Shown: one piece after another, positions 8,383 to 16,907 of the stretch | How positions within the stretch are numbered: the stretch's first letter is position 1 | How the letters are laid out: each line of letters opens with the position of its first letter | IMG/VR virus record: IMGVR_UViG_3300047319_001747 | DNA: 64,000 nt | Source: an uncultured virus (IMG/VR IMGVR_UViG_3300047319_001747) | Lineage: Duplodnaviria; Heunggongvirae; Uroviricota; Caudoviricetes | Reading direction: 5' to 3' (one strand) | Notes under the pieces: generated by a model | Told to the model about the DNA's origin: nothing | Seen by the model: the letters and a program-made list of their open reading frames with translations, nothing else | Databases searched by the model: none | Translations under genes and position numbers: made by a program

Positions 8383-8632
8383 TCATCGCCTTTTCCTCAT
8401 GATACCCTTCCATCAGCGCCTCCAGGACCTCGGTCGGTGTCAGCTTTTCGTAGGCAAAGATGACGGCCCGGGTGACCGGGTGCAGCGGGTACAGGTTGTA
8501 GCGGTGCTTGACGTATGGCAGTCGTTCTGGGTTTAGTCGTTTATCCATTTCAGCAAGATCGTAGTGCCGCTGACCATCTTGCAGCACGACGCGTCGTCCG
8601 TCCACCGGCCCGCCGACGCAGAGGACGTTCAT
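8375..8632 (-). CDS. Hypothetical protein (VGGPVDG motif)
   Basis: GGP.DG N-terminal motif common in phage small proteins; ATGA coupling. Confidence 0.65.
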   Translation of the reverse strand: MNVLCVGGPVDGRRVVLQDGQRHYDLAEMDKRLNPERLPYVKHRYNLYPLHPVTRAVIFAYEKLTPTEVLEALMEGYHEEKAMNV

Positions 8633-9054
8633 ATAGAGCCCTCCGTCGCCGCCTTCAGACGGCGCTCGAACTCTTCTTTCGACACCGATACGCCGTTGAT
8701 GGTGCATCGGCGGATCCCCTGAATGTATTGCGGCGTGTCATCTGCCGTATAACCAGGCTTGACCCTCTCACCGCATAACTTGCATTCGAGGTGTGTCAGC
8801 TCGATGCGTTCCCCGTCCTCGAAGTATTCCCAGCCGTCGTGCATGGTCCTAAGCGTAATGACCGAGTAGCTGCCGCCCGCCTTATACGACGTCGCGTTGG
8901 CATAGGAATTACTACCGGTCACGATCCACCAGCGGTGCTCGTGTCCCTGAGCGTCTACGTAGTGCCATCCAACATCGGGACGGTGGAGGCTCGTCACCTC
9001 GATAAGCTCCGACTGCACCTCATAGATGTCGTCACCGAGCTTATACGTAGACAT
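8629..9054 (-). CDS. Hypothetical protein
   Basis: 141 aa ORF in the operon; GAGG SD. Confidence 0.6.
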   Translation of the reverse strand: MSTYKLGDDIYEVQSELIEVTSLHRPDVGWHYVDAQGHEHRWWIVTGSNSYANATSYKAGGSYSVITLRTMHDGWEYFEDGERIELTHLECKLCGERVKPGYTADDTPQYIQGIRRCTINGVSVSKEEFERRLKAATEGSI

Positions 9055-9235
9055 CCTCGGCCCTCGGCCCTTTCTGCCCTTCGGCGTCCTCGAAGGTCAC
9101 TTCTTGGCCTTCGCCTAAGTCTTCAAACTCAGCATTCTTGACGGCGCTCTTGTGGAAGAAATAGTCGACGTTGTCGTCGCCGCGAATGAACCCGCACTTC
9201 TTGTCCTTGATGAGCTTCTTGATCGTTCCGGTCAT
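9041..9235 (-). CDS. Cold-shock domain protein
   Basis: MTGTIKKL...GFI...DYFFHKS...F..L.EGQEV.F....G.KGPRA is a complete CSD with RNP1/RNP2; 64 aa. Confidence 0.92.
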   Translation of the reverse strand: MTGTIKKLIKDKKCGFIRGDDNVDYFFHKSAVKNAEFEDLGEGQEVTFEDAEGQKGPRAEDVYV

Positions 9236-9408
9236 GGTTTTGCCCTTTCGCGCAGCACGCGCCGTTGTCCCGCCGAGTACTTCTCTTCCGAGGGTTTGTG
9301 GTCCCTGTACTTGTTCTGACGTGGCCTGGCGCCGTTCGTCTTGCCGCCCTTCGACGGGATGACGCACGGGATTTGTGAGATGCCGCCGGACCCTTGCTGG
9401 GTGCTCAT
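9232..9408 (-). CDS. Small basic hypothetical protein (58 aa)
   Basis: Strong AAGGAGG SD; ATGA-coupled to the cold-shock gene. Confidence 0.55.
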   Translation of the reverse strand: MSTQQGSGGISQIPCVIPSKGGKTNGARPRQNKYRDHKPSEEKYSAGQRRVLRERAKP

Positions 9409-9465
9409 CGTGTTCCTCCTTCAGCCAATACTTGCGATAGTCTGCCGCCGAGACGAGGCACTTGG

Positions 9466-9768
9466 TCATTTCGCCTTCCATGCCACGCAGCCAAAATCAG
9501 TGGACACCCAAAGCTGAAGATGATCGCAGGCTCCGCGATCGTCATGTGCTTCCGCCCTCCTGAGATACTGGCACGTCTCGCAGCGCGGCACCTCCATGTA
9601 GGCGGTGTCGGGCTTCATCGGGCAGTGCTTGGCGATGATTTCGATATATGCCTTTGGCACAACTGGGACACTTGGATACCGGAGCTGATTGCCGCCTTGG
9701 ATGACACTATCCTGCACGAGCTTGTTGATCTCTAATGCCGCGTCTTGAATCCAGTCGCTGACGAGCAT
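9466..9768 (-). CDS. Hypothetical Cys-containing protein
   Basis: CETC...C...FGC..W; GGAGG SD. Confidence 0.6.
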   Translation of the reverse strand: MLVSDWIQDAALEINKLVQDSVIQGGNQLRYPSVPVVPKAYIEIIAKHCPMKPDTAYMEVPRCETCQYLRRAEAHDDRGACDHLQLWVSTDFGCVAWKAK

Positions 9769-9769
9769 C

Positions 9770-9889
9770 TTATCCTCCCGCCAACAACCGCAGCGAGGCG
9801 GCGATCACCTGAATGTAATACCCGACCACCGTCAGCTGGACGAGAATGCCGAGGAGCAGAAGATTGAGTAGAAAGCTGCTGAGTTTCAT
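9770..9889 (-). CDS. Small membrane peptide (39 aa)
   Basis: MKLSSFLLNLLLLGILVQLTVVGYYIQVIAASLRLLAGG; ATGA coupling. Confidence 0.5.
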   Translation of the reverse strand: MKLSSFLLNLLLLGILVQLTVVGYYIQVIAASLRLLAGG

Positions 9890-10101
9890 GGCTGTGCCTC
9901 TTTCACGAGCACCCGCGCCGCCGCCACGACGGCCTGGATCAGCTCGACCTGCCAGATCCAGCTGTCGCGCTCGACGTCCAGCTCCGCGACGGCACGGCGG
10001 AGCGTCTCGAACGCCTCGCCGTTGACCCTCACCGCGTTGAGGTCGTCCTTGATTTCCTTCCAGTGCGGATCGAGGTCCGCTTTGACGTCGTTCCAGTTCA
10101 T
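9886..10101 (-). CDS. Hypothetical protein
   Basis: GAGG SD; ATGA coupling. Confidence 0.6.
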   Translation of the reverse strand: MNWNDVKADLDPHWKEIKDDLNAVRVNGEAFETLRRAVAELDVERDSWIWQVELIQAVVAAARVLVKEAQP

Positions 10102-10250
10102 CGCATCCTCTCCGTGTACTCGTTGACGCCGACCTGAAGCATGCACGCGAGCACCGTGAACGCGATGGCCCAGTACCCGTGCGCCTCGACGATCCAGACG
10201 GCGACGCACAGCACGGCCAGGGCGAAGAGGGAACCGAGGACCTTGATCAT
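10098..10250 (-). CDS. Small two-TM membrane protein (50 aa)
   Basis: MIKVLGSLFALAVLCVAVWIVEAHGYWAIAFTVLACMLQVG...; 4-bp overlaps at both ends. Confidence 0.55.
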   Translation of the reverse strand: MIKVLGSLFALAVLCVAVWIVEAHGYWAIAFTVLACMLQVGVNEYTERMR

Positions 10251-10510
10251 TCGCGGAAATCACCCTGTCCTAGTATGGTGTCTTGCAGTAGCTGGGGGAT
10301 ATGCTGAAAGACACTCTCAGGACGCTCCCAGTGCTGCTCGGCCCACAACACGATCTCGATGAACCACGCACGGAACCATGCCATGTGTTCAAGTTCCGCT
10401 AGAGCGAAGTAGTCCATGAGATGAAACAACTCTCCATGAGAGTTACTGTTGAAGATCCGCTCACCGTAGTCCTCGATGTTCAGCTTCTTGAGCGCCTCTC
10501 CAAATGTCAT
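10247..10510 (-). CDS. Hypothetical protein
   Basis: 87 aa ORF, lower GC. Confidence 0.6.
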   Translation of the reverse strand: MTFGEALKKLNIEDYGERIFNSNSHGELFHLMDYFALAELEHMAWFRAWFIEIVLWAEQHWERPESVFQHIPQLLQDTILGQGDFRE

Positions 10511-10532
10511 GACCCACTTCCGTTGAAGCTCT

Positions 10533-11369
10533 TCATCGTCCCTCCGGAAACACGCCGAGCTTGGCCTCTGCCGCCAGCTTCTTGGTGCCGTCAGAAAACC
10601 CCTCGCGCAGGATGAAGTCCCAGTACCCGGCGTCGACGTCCTTCATCGCCTTGCCCTTCCACTTGCCGAAGTTGACCGTCGGGACGCCGTCGACCATCCT
10701 GAACTTCCCCTCGGCGTCGATGAGGCCGGGCCACTGCAGCTTGTGCAGGGCGTCGAGGTCGCGCGGCAGCTGCTCGTGGGCCTCCAGCTGCTTCATGATG
10801 ACGGTCGCCGCCGCGCGCACGTCGGAGAGGGCGCCGTGAGCGCCCTCGTGCTTCGCGCCGGCGTACTTCTCGTGCAGGTGGCTCAGCGAGCGCGGCACGG
10901 CCAGGCGCTCCAGCGCGCCGCTGTCGAGGATGCGGGCGGTGGCGTAGGACCAGGGCTGCTTGGCTCGGGCCATCTCGGCGGCCAGGATCTGCAGGTCGAA
11001 GCGAACGTTCTGCCCGGCGAAGTCGCAGCCGGCGAAGCCCTTCGCGAGGTTGGCGGCGAGCTGAGGGAAGGTCGGGACACGACGCGGCGCCTCACATGTA
11101 CATCGGTCCGCTAAGTCCTCATACTCGACTACTAATTTACATGATTGACAACGGCGCATATCAAAGTCCGTAATCCCGTGGACCTGCGTCGAGCTCGCCG
11201 GAATCGGCACGCCGGGGTTGACGAGCGAGCGCCACTCCTTCACCATTCCTTCCGACGTCCATTCCTCAAAGGCTATCTCCACGATGCGGTCCTGCTGCGG
11301 ATCGGTGCCGGTCGTCTCGGTGTCGAGGACGAAGAGGGGACGCGTGAGGTGGAGCAGCTGGTGGATCAC
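10533..11369 (-). CDS. DnaQ/DEDDh 3'-5' exonuclease with an ExoX-like C-terminal domain
   Basis: LDTETTG, N.RFD and H.ALSDV motifs; C-terminal FGKWKG; GTGA coupling. Confidence 0.9.
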   Translation of the reverse strand: MIHQLLHLTRPLFVLDTETTGTDPQQDRIVEIAFEEWTSEGMVKEWRSLVNPGVPIPASSTQVHGITDFDMRRCQSCKLVVEYEDLADRCTCEAPRRVPTFPQLAANLAKGFAGCDFAGQNVRFDLQILAAEMARAKQPWSYATARILDSGALERLAVPRSLSHLHEKYAGAKHEGAHGALSDVRAAATVIMKQLEAHEQLPRDLDALHKLQWPGLIDAEGKFRMVDGVPTVNFGKWKGKAMKDVDAGYWDFILREGFSDGTKKLAAEAKLGVFPEGR

Positions 11370-11671
11370 CACACTTCCCCTTCCTCGCGCAGCATGAGGC
11401 GGTGCTGGTACCACCGGATCAGCAGCGGGATGCCGACCGTCGATCGGCGGTTCGGCCGTCCACTGTAAAGGAGACGCGACCCCCGCCGCACGTCGGGCGC
11501 CACGACGCCGCGCAGGTCGGGCGGGTCGGGCTGGTGCATCAGCTTCGTGAAGCGGCCCAGCAGCTGCTGCGAGTCGATCCTCATGCGGCCGCGCTTGACG
11601 TCGACGACGCTCGGCAGCTCGGGACGACGGAGGAGGCGGGCGAGGCGGGCCGTCAGATGGTCGATCGTCAT
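11366..11671 (-). CDS. Basic hypothetical protein
   Basis: ATGA-coupled, 101 aa. Confidence 0.55.
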   Translation of the reverse strand: MTIDHLTARLARLLRRPELPSVVDVKRGRMRIDSQQLLGRFTKLMHQPDPPDLRGVVAPDVRRGSRLLYSGRPNRRSTVGIPLLIRWYQHRLMLREEGEVW

Positions 11672-12132
11672 TTTTCCCCCCGGGATGGCGCTGGCCCGGG
11701 CCAGCCCGCCTCCGCGAGCACCTCGACGGTGCGCGGCCCGGCCCACCCCTCGGGCTTCACCACGTCAAGCGGCGAGCCGCGCGCGGAGTCCGAGCCGTCC
11801 GCCTCGGCGCGCCGCTTGGACATGTTCGCGCGCCGCACGTCGGCCCAGAGCGCGGGCCACGGCAGGGCGTGGAGCTGCGCGGCGCCGAGGGCGACCCAAA
11901 CCAGGTCGACCAGGGCGTCCGCGATTTTCGGCAAATCCGGCGCGCCGCTTCCCTCGCGCAGTTCCCAGGCGAGCTCGAGGCCGTACCCGTCGGCGAGCTC
12001 GGCGAGCTCCTCGAGCAGGAACCGCAGGCGGAAGTCCCGCGCGGCGTCGTCCAGCCCCCGCGGAACGGACGGCGCGGCCGCCCGCAGCCCGAATTTTTCG
12101 TGGAACGCGCCCACGTCGTCAAACTCGCTCAT
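11668..12132 (-). CDS. MazG-like all-alpha NTP pyrophosphohydrolase (DR2231/dUTPase type)
   Basis: DV..FH.KF...LLEEL.EL...IADALVDL.WV...ANMSK...KPEGW. Confidence 0.88.
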   Translation of the reverse strand: MSEFDDVGAFHEKFGLRAAAPSVPRGLDDAARDFRLRFLLEELAELADGYGLELAWELREGSGAPDLPKIADALVDLVWVALGAAQLHALPWPALWADVRRANMSKRRAEADGSDSARGSPLDVVKPEGWAGPRTVEVLAEAGWPGPAPSRGEK

Positions 12133-12161
12133 GCCCGGCCTCCGGAATCATCATACCATGC

Positions 12162-14252
12162 TTAAGTTTCGGGCCTTGGTTTTCCGCCCCATTTGCCGTC
12201 GGCGCCCATGTCGCCGAGGCCGCTCTCGAACTCCGCCTCGAGCTCGGACGTGCACGACGCCCAGTTCTTGCCGGCCTTGACGTCCCACAGGATCGGGACG
12301 CCCCTGAAGCGCTCGAACGACTGCCGGTTCAGGATCTCGGCCAGGCCGCGGGCCGACTCGGCGCTCGCGCACCCGCCGAGCCACTCGTCGTGGATCGTCA
12401 TGCGCGGCGTCAGGCCCAGGCGCCGCCGTTCGGCGTGGACCTCGACCATCTTCTGCTTCATGACTTCGGCGGCCGAAGGCTGTATGACCGCGTTCAGGGC
12501 CGCGTGCGCGCCGTCACCGCCCGGGAACGTGGCCCGCCGGCCGAGCACGTCCTTGACGAAGCCCCGCTCCTTCGCCAGGTCCTGGGCCCTGCGCGAGAGC
12601 GGCTTCACCTCGGGCAGCGCGCGGTCGTACGCCGCCTTGATCGCGAGGGTCGAGGCCAGCAGCGGGTGGTCCTTCGGCGGCCCCCATAGGCCGCTCGCCG
12701 GATCCATGGGGTGCTCGCGGTACAGCGCCGCGAACTGCGCCCGGGTGACGTTGCCGAGTTGCAGGGCGAGCTTCGCCAATCCTCCTCCGTAGATCGTCAA
12801 AAAATTGATCGTCTTCGCCTCGTCGTAGCCGACGTCGGGCTTGTGCGCCGCGATCATCTTGCGCGTCTCCTCGTGGAACTGGAGCATCGGGTTCCTGGCG
12901 TACGCCTCGCGCAGGGCCCTGGATCCCGAGTAGCTCGCGAAGATGCGGTACTCGATTTGCATGGCGTCCGCCGAAGCCAGCAGGCCGTCGCGCTTGCCCG
13001 GGACCACGAGCTCGCGGAGGATCCACTTCGGCCCGGTCGCCTTGCGCTGCTTCGACGGCTTCATCACCTGGTGCGGGCTGGACCCGCCGCCCTCCGAGCT
13101 CGCCGAGAACCGCCCGCGCACCGTGCCGTGCTCGTCGCCGCGGCACTGGTGGAGCCTGAACCGCAGCAGGCCGCCGTTCCGCTTGACGGACTCCGACCAC
13201 GGGACGAGGTACTTGGACCGCAGATCCAGGATGCGCCCCTGGCGTGCGATTTTCCGCACCACGGGATGGTCGAAGGCCGACAGGACCTCGACGGTGAAGC
13301 TCGGGGCGCCCCTGTCCGTGACGCCGGGCTCGAGGCCGAGCTTCCTGAAGAGCGCCGCCATCTCCTTGCCGGAATCCGGGTTGAGGTACCCCGTCGCGCC
13401 GCCGCCGAACAGGTCCTCCTGCAGGGCCGCGCCGGTGAGCGCGGCGACCTCGCGCCGCGAGGCGTCGAGTTCCTCTTCCGTCTCGCGCAGCCAGAGGGCG
13501 AGCTTTTCCTCGTCGATCGGCAGGGCGTTCCATTCCATCTCGCACGCGGCCCACGCGACGGCGTCCTCAAGCGCGCGGACCTTCTGGAGGCCGAGCTCGT
13601 CGAGCCGTTTCCACAGGATCGGCTTCAGGAGGCCGACCTGCCGGACGTCCGCCCGGGCGCGGACGGCGACGACCGACGCCGGGTAGTCCATCATGCGCGC
13701 CGGGTCCAGCGCGACGCCGCCCACGGCCGTGACCTTGCGCTCGCCCTCGGGGAGGAAGTCCTCGCACAGCGCCGCGAGGCTGAAGCGGGCGCCGCCGCGG
13801 TCCCCGCGCCGGTCGTCGGCGAGGGCGGCCCAGTGGGCGACGTCGGACGCCTCGCACCCCATCGCCTCGAGGTCGACGCCGAACGCCCGCGCCATCTGGA
13901 TCTCGAACGCCGTGGACAGGTTCGTGATCCGCTTGCCGCGGAGCGCGCGGCGCAGCCACTCGCGGGCGCCCTCCTCGGAAATGGTGTTGCCGCCGCCGCG
14001 GTGGCCCCAGGCCACGTAGTCCGTGGCGCCGTCGGCGCGCCGGATTCCCGCGCCGCCTGGCAGGTCGCCGGCCCACCACCGCACGCCGGTCGTCTCGAAG
14101 TCCAGCTCGACCTCGCGGTCGTCGCCCAGGCTCATCGGCTCGCGGAACGCGTCCGGCTCGCGCGCGGCGAACGTCGGGCCGCGGTTCTCGGCGACGGCCT
14201 TGGCGGGCCGCGAGGCGAGGAACGCCGCCATCCGGGCGTCGGTAAGGTTCAT
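12162..14252 (-). CDS. Family A DNA polymerase with an N-terminal exonuclease-like domain
   Basis: DFETTG; GT.RGRFS; motif A DAMQIEYR; motif B AKTINF..IYG; N..IQ.SAA; motif C IHDE. Confidence 0.93.
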   Translation of the reverse strand: MNLTDARMAAFLASRPAKAVAENRGPTFAAREPDAFREPMSLGDDREVELDFETTGVRWWAGDLPGGAGIRRADGATDYVAWGHRGGGNTISEEGAREWLRRALRGKRITNLSTAFEIQMARAFGVDLEAMGCEASDVAHWAALADDRRGDRGGARFSLAALCEDFLPEGERKVTAVGGVALDPARMMDYPASVVAVRARADVRQVGLLKPILWKRLDELGLQKVRALEDAVAWAACEMEWNALPIDEEKLALWLRETEEELDASRREVAALTGAALQEDLFGGGATGYLNPDSGKEMAALFRKLGLEPGVTDRGAPSFTVEVLSAFDHPVVRKIARQGRILDLRSKYLVPWSESVKRNGGLLRFRLHQCRGDEHGTVRGRFSASSEGGGSSPHQVMKPSKQRKATGPKWILRELVVPGKRDGLLASADAMQIEYRIFASYSGSRALREAYARNPMLQFHEETRKMIAAHKPDVGYDEAKTINFLTIYGGGLAKLALQLGNVTRAQFAALYREHPMDPASGLWGPPKDHPLLASTLAIKAAYDRALPEVKPLSRRAQDLAKERGFVKDVLGRRATFPGGDGAHAALNAVIQPSAAEVMKQKMVEVHAERRRLGLTPRMTIHDEWLGGCASAESARGLAEILNRQSFERFRGVPILWDVKAGKNWASCTSELEAEFESGLGDMGADGKWGGKPRPET

Positions 14253-14704
14253 TCTACGCGCCCGATCGGCATGCCGAGCGCGACGGCCGCCGCGAGGGCG
14301 CTGGCTTCCTGTTCCGGCGACAGTTCGTCGGCGCCATAAAATATCGCGCCGATTCCCGCGTGGGCGGCCCTCAGGACGCACGCGGCGCACGGACGGAGCG
14401 TCGAGAAGAGCAGGCACCCCGCGGGGCGGCCGCCGAGCGCCCAGCCGGCCTGGAGGATCGCATTCTCCTCGGCGTGAATCACCCACCCATGTCGTTCCGG
14501 GCCGGCCATCGGCAGGGCGTCGGGCGACCCGGCCGGCGGCCCGTTGTACCCGGTGCCCACGACGCGCCACGCCGGCGTGCAGACGACGGCGCCGACCCTC
14601 GTCGTGGCGTCGCGCGAGCGCGTCGCGGCGGCCTCGGCGAACGCCATCATCACCTTCGGCCACCCGGCGCGCGGGCCGAGCGCGGGCTTGCCTTCTTCCG
14701 TCAT
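14249..14704 (-). CDS. dCMP deaminase family protein
   Basis: RS.D..T.VGAV, GTGYNGPP, IHAEENAI, PCAAC. Confidence 0.92.
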   Translation of the reverse strand: MTEEGKPALGPRAGWPKVMMAFAEAAATRSRDATTRVGAVVCTPAWRVVGTGYNGPPAGSPDALPMAGPERHGWVIHAEENAILQAGWALGGRPAGCLLFSTLRPCAACVLRAAHAGIGAIFYGADELSPEQEASALAAAVALGMPIGRVE

Positions 14705-15231
14705 CGCCGTTCCCTCCTCGTCACCAGGACGCCGGGCCACGCCTCCTTGCGGAGGCGCTCCAGGGCCGCGCAATTTTCTTCGCCGTACGCCCAGAGGACG
14801 TTGGGGAGCCACTTGCCGGCGGGCTTGCCGCCGTCCGGGTAGCGAAACAGGAGGCGGCCCGCGAGGAACAGCGCGAGGTCGAACGTCCCGAGCAGCTCCT
14901 GGCCCCATTTCGTGTCCGGCGACTTCGCCGCGGTCAGCATGATGCCGTTTCCGTGGGCGACGAACTTGTAGACCCACGGCAGGATGCCGGAATACGGGGG
15001 ATTCACCCACGCGCGCGCCGTTCCCCAGTCCTCGCAAAGCCCGTCCCGGATTTCGGATTGGAAGCCTTCCTGCTTGGCCGACGACGCCGGCGACAGCGAC
15101 AGCATCCTCGCCGCGGTGCGCCACGGCATCCACGGCTCGCAGCACGGGTCGAGGTCGAAGGGCCCGAGCGCCTCGACGAGCTCGGGCGGCGTGAGCCACC
15201 TGTCCGTCGTGGCGGAATGGAAGACGTTCAC
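14701..15231 (-). CDS. Phage N6-adenine DNA methyltransferase (phage Dam-type)
   Basis: W.TPP, FDLDPC, DGL..DW, WVNPPY, GRL.F; GGAGG SD before GTG. Confidence 0.88.
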   Translation of the reverse strand: MNVFHSATTDRWLTPPELVEALGPFDLDPCCEPWMPWRTAARMLSLSPASSAKQEGFQSEIRDGLCEDWGTARAWVNPPYSGILPWVYKFVAHGNGIMLTAAKSPDTKWGQELLGTFDLALFLAGRLLFRYPDGGKPAGKWLPNVLWAYGEENCAALERLRKEAWPGVLVTRRERR

Positions 15232-16022
15232 GCCTTCCTCCATTCGGACTTCGCGGCCGGGCGCCCGTCGCCGGCGTCGGCCACGATCTCGACGTCCTGG
15301 AAGAGCGCGGGCGCCTCGCGCTTCATGAGTTCCGCGAGCCGGACGGCGAACAGCCGGATTTCCAGGGCGTTTCCCGGCTGGCCGCGCAGCTCGACGACGT
15401 GCCGGATGGCCCGCGCGTTCATGGTGAGGCCGACGCGGCTTTCGAGGCAGTTCGGCAGCAGCCCGCGGGCGAGCTCGCACGCCTCCTTCTTGCCGAGGCC
15501 GCGGGTTTTCAGGCGCGTGACGAGGACGGCGTAGTCCTCGAGGGCCCGCGCAGCCGAGGCCGCGAACGCCGCCCGCAGCTCTTCGGGAATCCCGGCCAGG
15601 CACGCGCCGGCTTCCTGGGCGCCCGCGTCCGCGTCGTCGTCCCAGGGAGAGTAGCGGATGAAGTGCTGGGATTCCTGCGACGGCGACACACCCGCGCGGT
15701 GCCTGACGACCTGGTGCGTGAAGGCGCGGCTCGCCCTCGTCACGAGGAACGACCAGCAGGCGTGCTCGAGGATCGATCCGTGCCCCGACTCGAGGACGTG
15801 GGCGTGGTACCTCGCCGCGCCCACGCGCCCCTGGCGCGCGCCGAAGCTGCCGTAGCACACGCGCCCCATGAACTCCGCCAGCCCCTCGCCGTCGCCGTCC
15901 CCGTCGTCGCGGCGCCACGCCGTCCCCTCGCCGTACTCGAGCAGCGCCTCGTCGACGCCTTCCGGAACGAGGGACGGGCGGGCGAGCAGGATGACCCTCG
16001 GCCCGTCGCAGAAAATCCTCAC
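15228..16022 (-). CDS. thyX: FAD-dependent thymidylate synthase
   Basis: GRVCY, GH.SILEH, SR.FTHQ.VRHR...SQES, ARGLLPN, N.R..RH...LR, EIR. Confidence 0.92.
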   Translation of the reverse strand: MRIFCDGPRVILLARPSLVPEGVDEALLEYGEGTAWRRDDGDGDGEGLAEFMGRVCYGSFGARQGRVGAARYHAHVLESGHGSILEHACWSFLVTRASRAFTHQVVRHRAGVSPSQESQHFIRYSPWDDDADAGAQEAGACLAGIPEELRAAFAASAARALEDYAVLVTRLKTRGLGKKEACELARGLLPNCLESRVGLTMNARAIRHVVELRGQPGNALEIRLFAVRLAELMKREAPALFQDVEIVADAGDGRPAAKSEWRKA

Positions 16023-16198
16023 TTGTACAGTCCGCCAACCAATTTCTTGCCTTGGCCAATCTTCAGGGCGTGCCGGGCAGCCGCGCCCTTTCGAGAACGT
16101 GGCGCGCCGACAATAAATTCAGACTCGCGCAACGAGAATCCAAATTTCTGCAGCTTGGCATAAACCGATTGCTCAACGGTCATTTGTTTTCCGGTCAT
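16019..16198 (-). CDS. Small basic hypothetical protein
   Basis: 59 aa, 4-bp overlaps at both ends, AT-richer. Confidence 0.5.
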   Translation of the reverse strand: MTGKQMTVEQSVYAKLQKFGFSLRESEFIVGAPRSRKGAAARHALKIGQGKKLVGGLYK

Positions 16199-16485
16199 TT
16201 CTTTTCCTTTTCTCGATCTTCGTAGTGCATGAGCGTGAAGCAGCCCCACGCCGCGGCCGCGAGGTCGTCCTCGCCGGTCTCCGGCGCCCCGTCCATCCTG
16301 TCCCGCGCGGCGAGCAGGTGCTCGATCGCGTGGTTTAGCGCGTCCCTCGGGTCGAGCCCCTTCTTCCACGCGCCGCGGCCGTAGATCTTCTCGCCGAGCG
16401 CGTAGCGGGCCGCGAGGCGGCGCAGCGGGCCGGACGGGACCAGGTCGTGGCGCGGGGCGCGGCGGCGCCCGCCGTTGTCCTTCAC
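16195..16485 (-). CDS. dATP/dGTP diphosphohydrolase (DUF5664-like)
   Basis: R.DLVP..L..LA.....G...YG...W.KG......NHA..HL...ED.LAAAAW. Confidence 0.8.
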   Translation of the reverse strand: MKDNGGRRRAPRHDLVPSGPLRRLAARYALGEKIYGRGAWKKGLDPRDALNHAIEHLLAARDRMDGAPETGEDDLAAAAWGCFTLMHYEDREKEKK

Positions 16486-16907
16486 CGGCGCCGCTCCAGT
16501 TCCCGCCAGACCAGCAGGGCCGTGACCGCCGGGTTGCGCTTCGCGAACTCGGCGTCGACGCGCCACGGCAGCCAGCCGATCGCCTTGAGCGCGCGATTGG
16601 CCCTCCTGTCGCGGGCGACGTTCCTCCGCAATTTTTCCCGCCACCATTCCCTGTTCGCCTTGGGCAGCCCGCCTTTGCCGTGCCAGAAGCGCCCGTCCAC
16701 GAAGACGGCCAGCCTCCTGCCGCGGTGCGCGAAGTCCGGCTTGCCCGGCAGCGACGGGTCGTTCCTGGCGAACCCGTCGAGGAGGCCGAGGGACGCGAGC
16801 GCGGCCGCGAGGGCCTCCTCCGGCCCGGTGCGCGCCGACTTTATCGACCGCATGATCCCGGAGCGCGCCGCGGTCGGCGGCGTCTCGATCGCCGGCATGG
16901 GCGTCAT
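16482..16907 (-). CDS. vsr: Very-short-patch repair endonuclease
   Basis: RS.IM.SI.S..T.PE, LPGKPDF, AVFVDG.FWHG, N..WW..K..RNV.RD...L...GW. Confidence 0.88.
   Translation of the reverse strand: MTPMPAIETPPTAARSGIMRSIKSARTGPEEALAAALASLGLLDGFARNDPSLPGKPDFAHRGRRLAVFVDGRFWHGKGGLPKANREWWREKLRRNVARDRRANRALKAIGWLPWRVDAEFAKRNPAVTALLVWRELERRR

Noticed and set aside
9041..9481. 146-aa extended cold-shock fusion from the ORF track
   Set aside because: A separate SD-led ORF (9232-9408) is ATGA-coupled to the 64-aa cold-shock gene, which explains the region better
12711..14339. 542-aa plus-strand ORF and other long Arg/Pro-rich ORFs over PolA and neighbours
   Set aside because: Antisense or off-frame shadows in a very GC-rich block
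16195..16485. Z-genome (2-aminoadenine) pathway suggested by the dATP/dGTP diphosphohydrolase
   Set aside because: No PurZ-like gene in the window, and an adenine methylase is present; cannot be excluded outside the window
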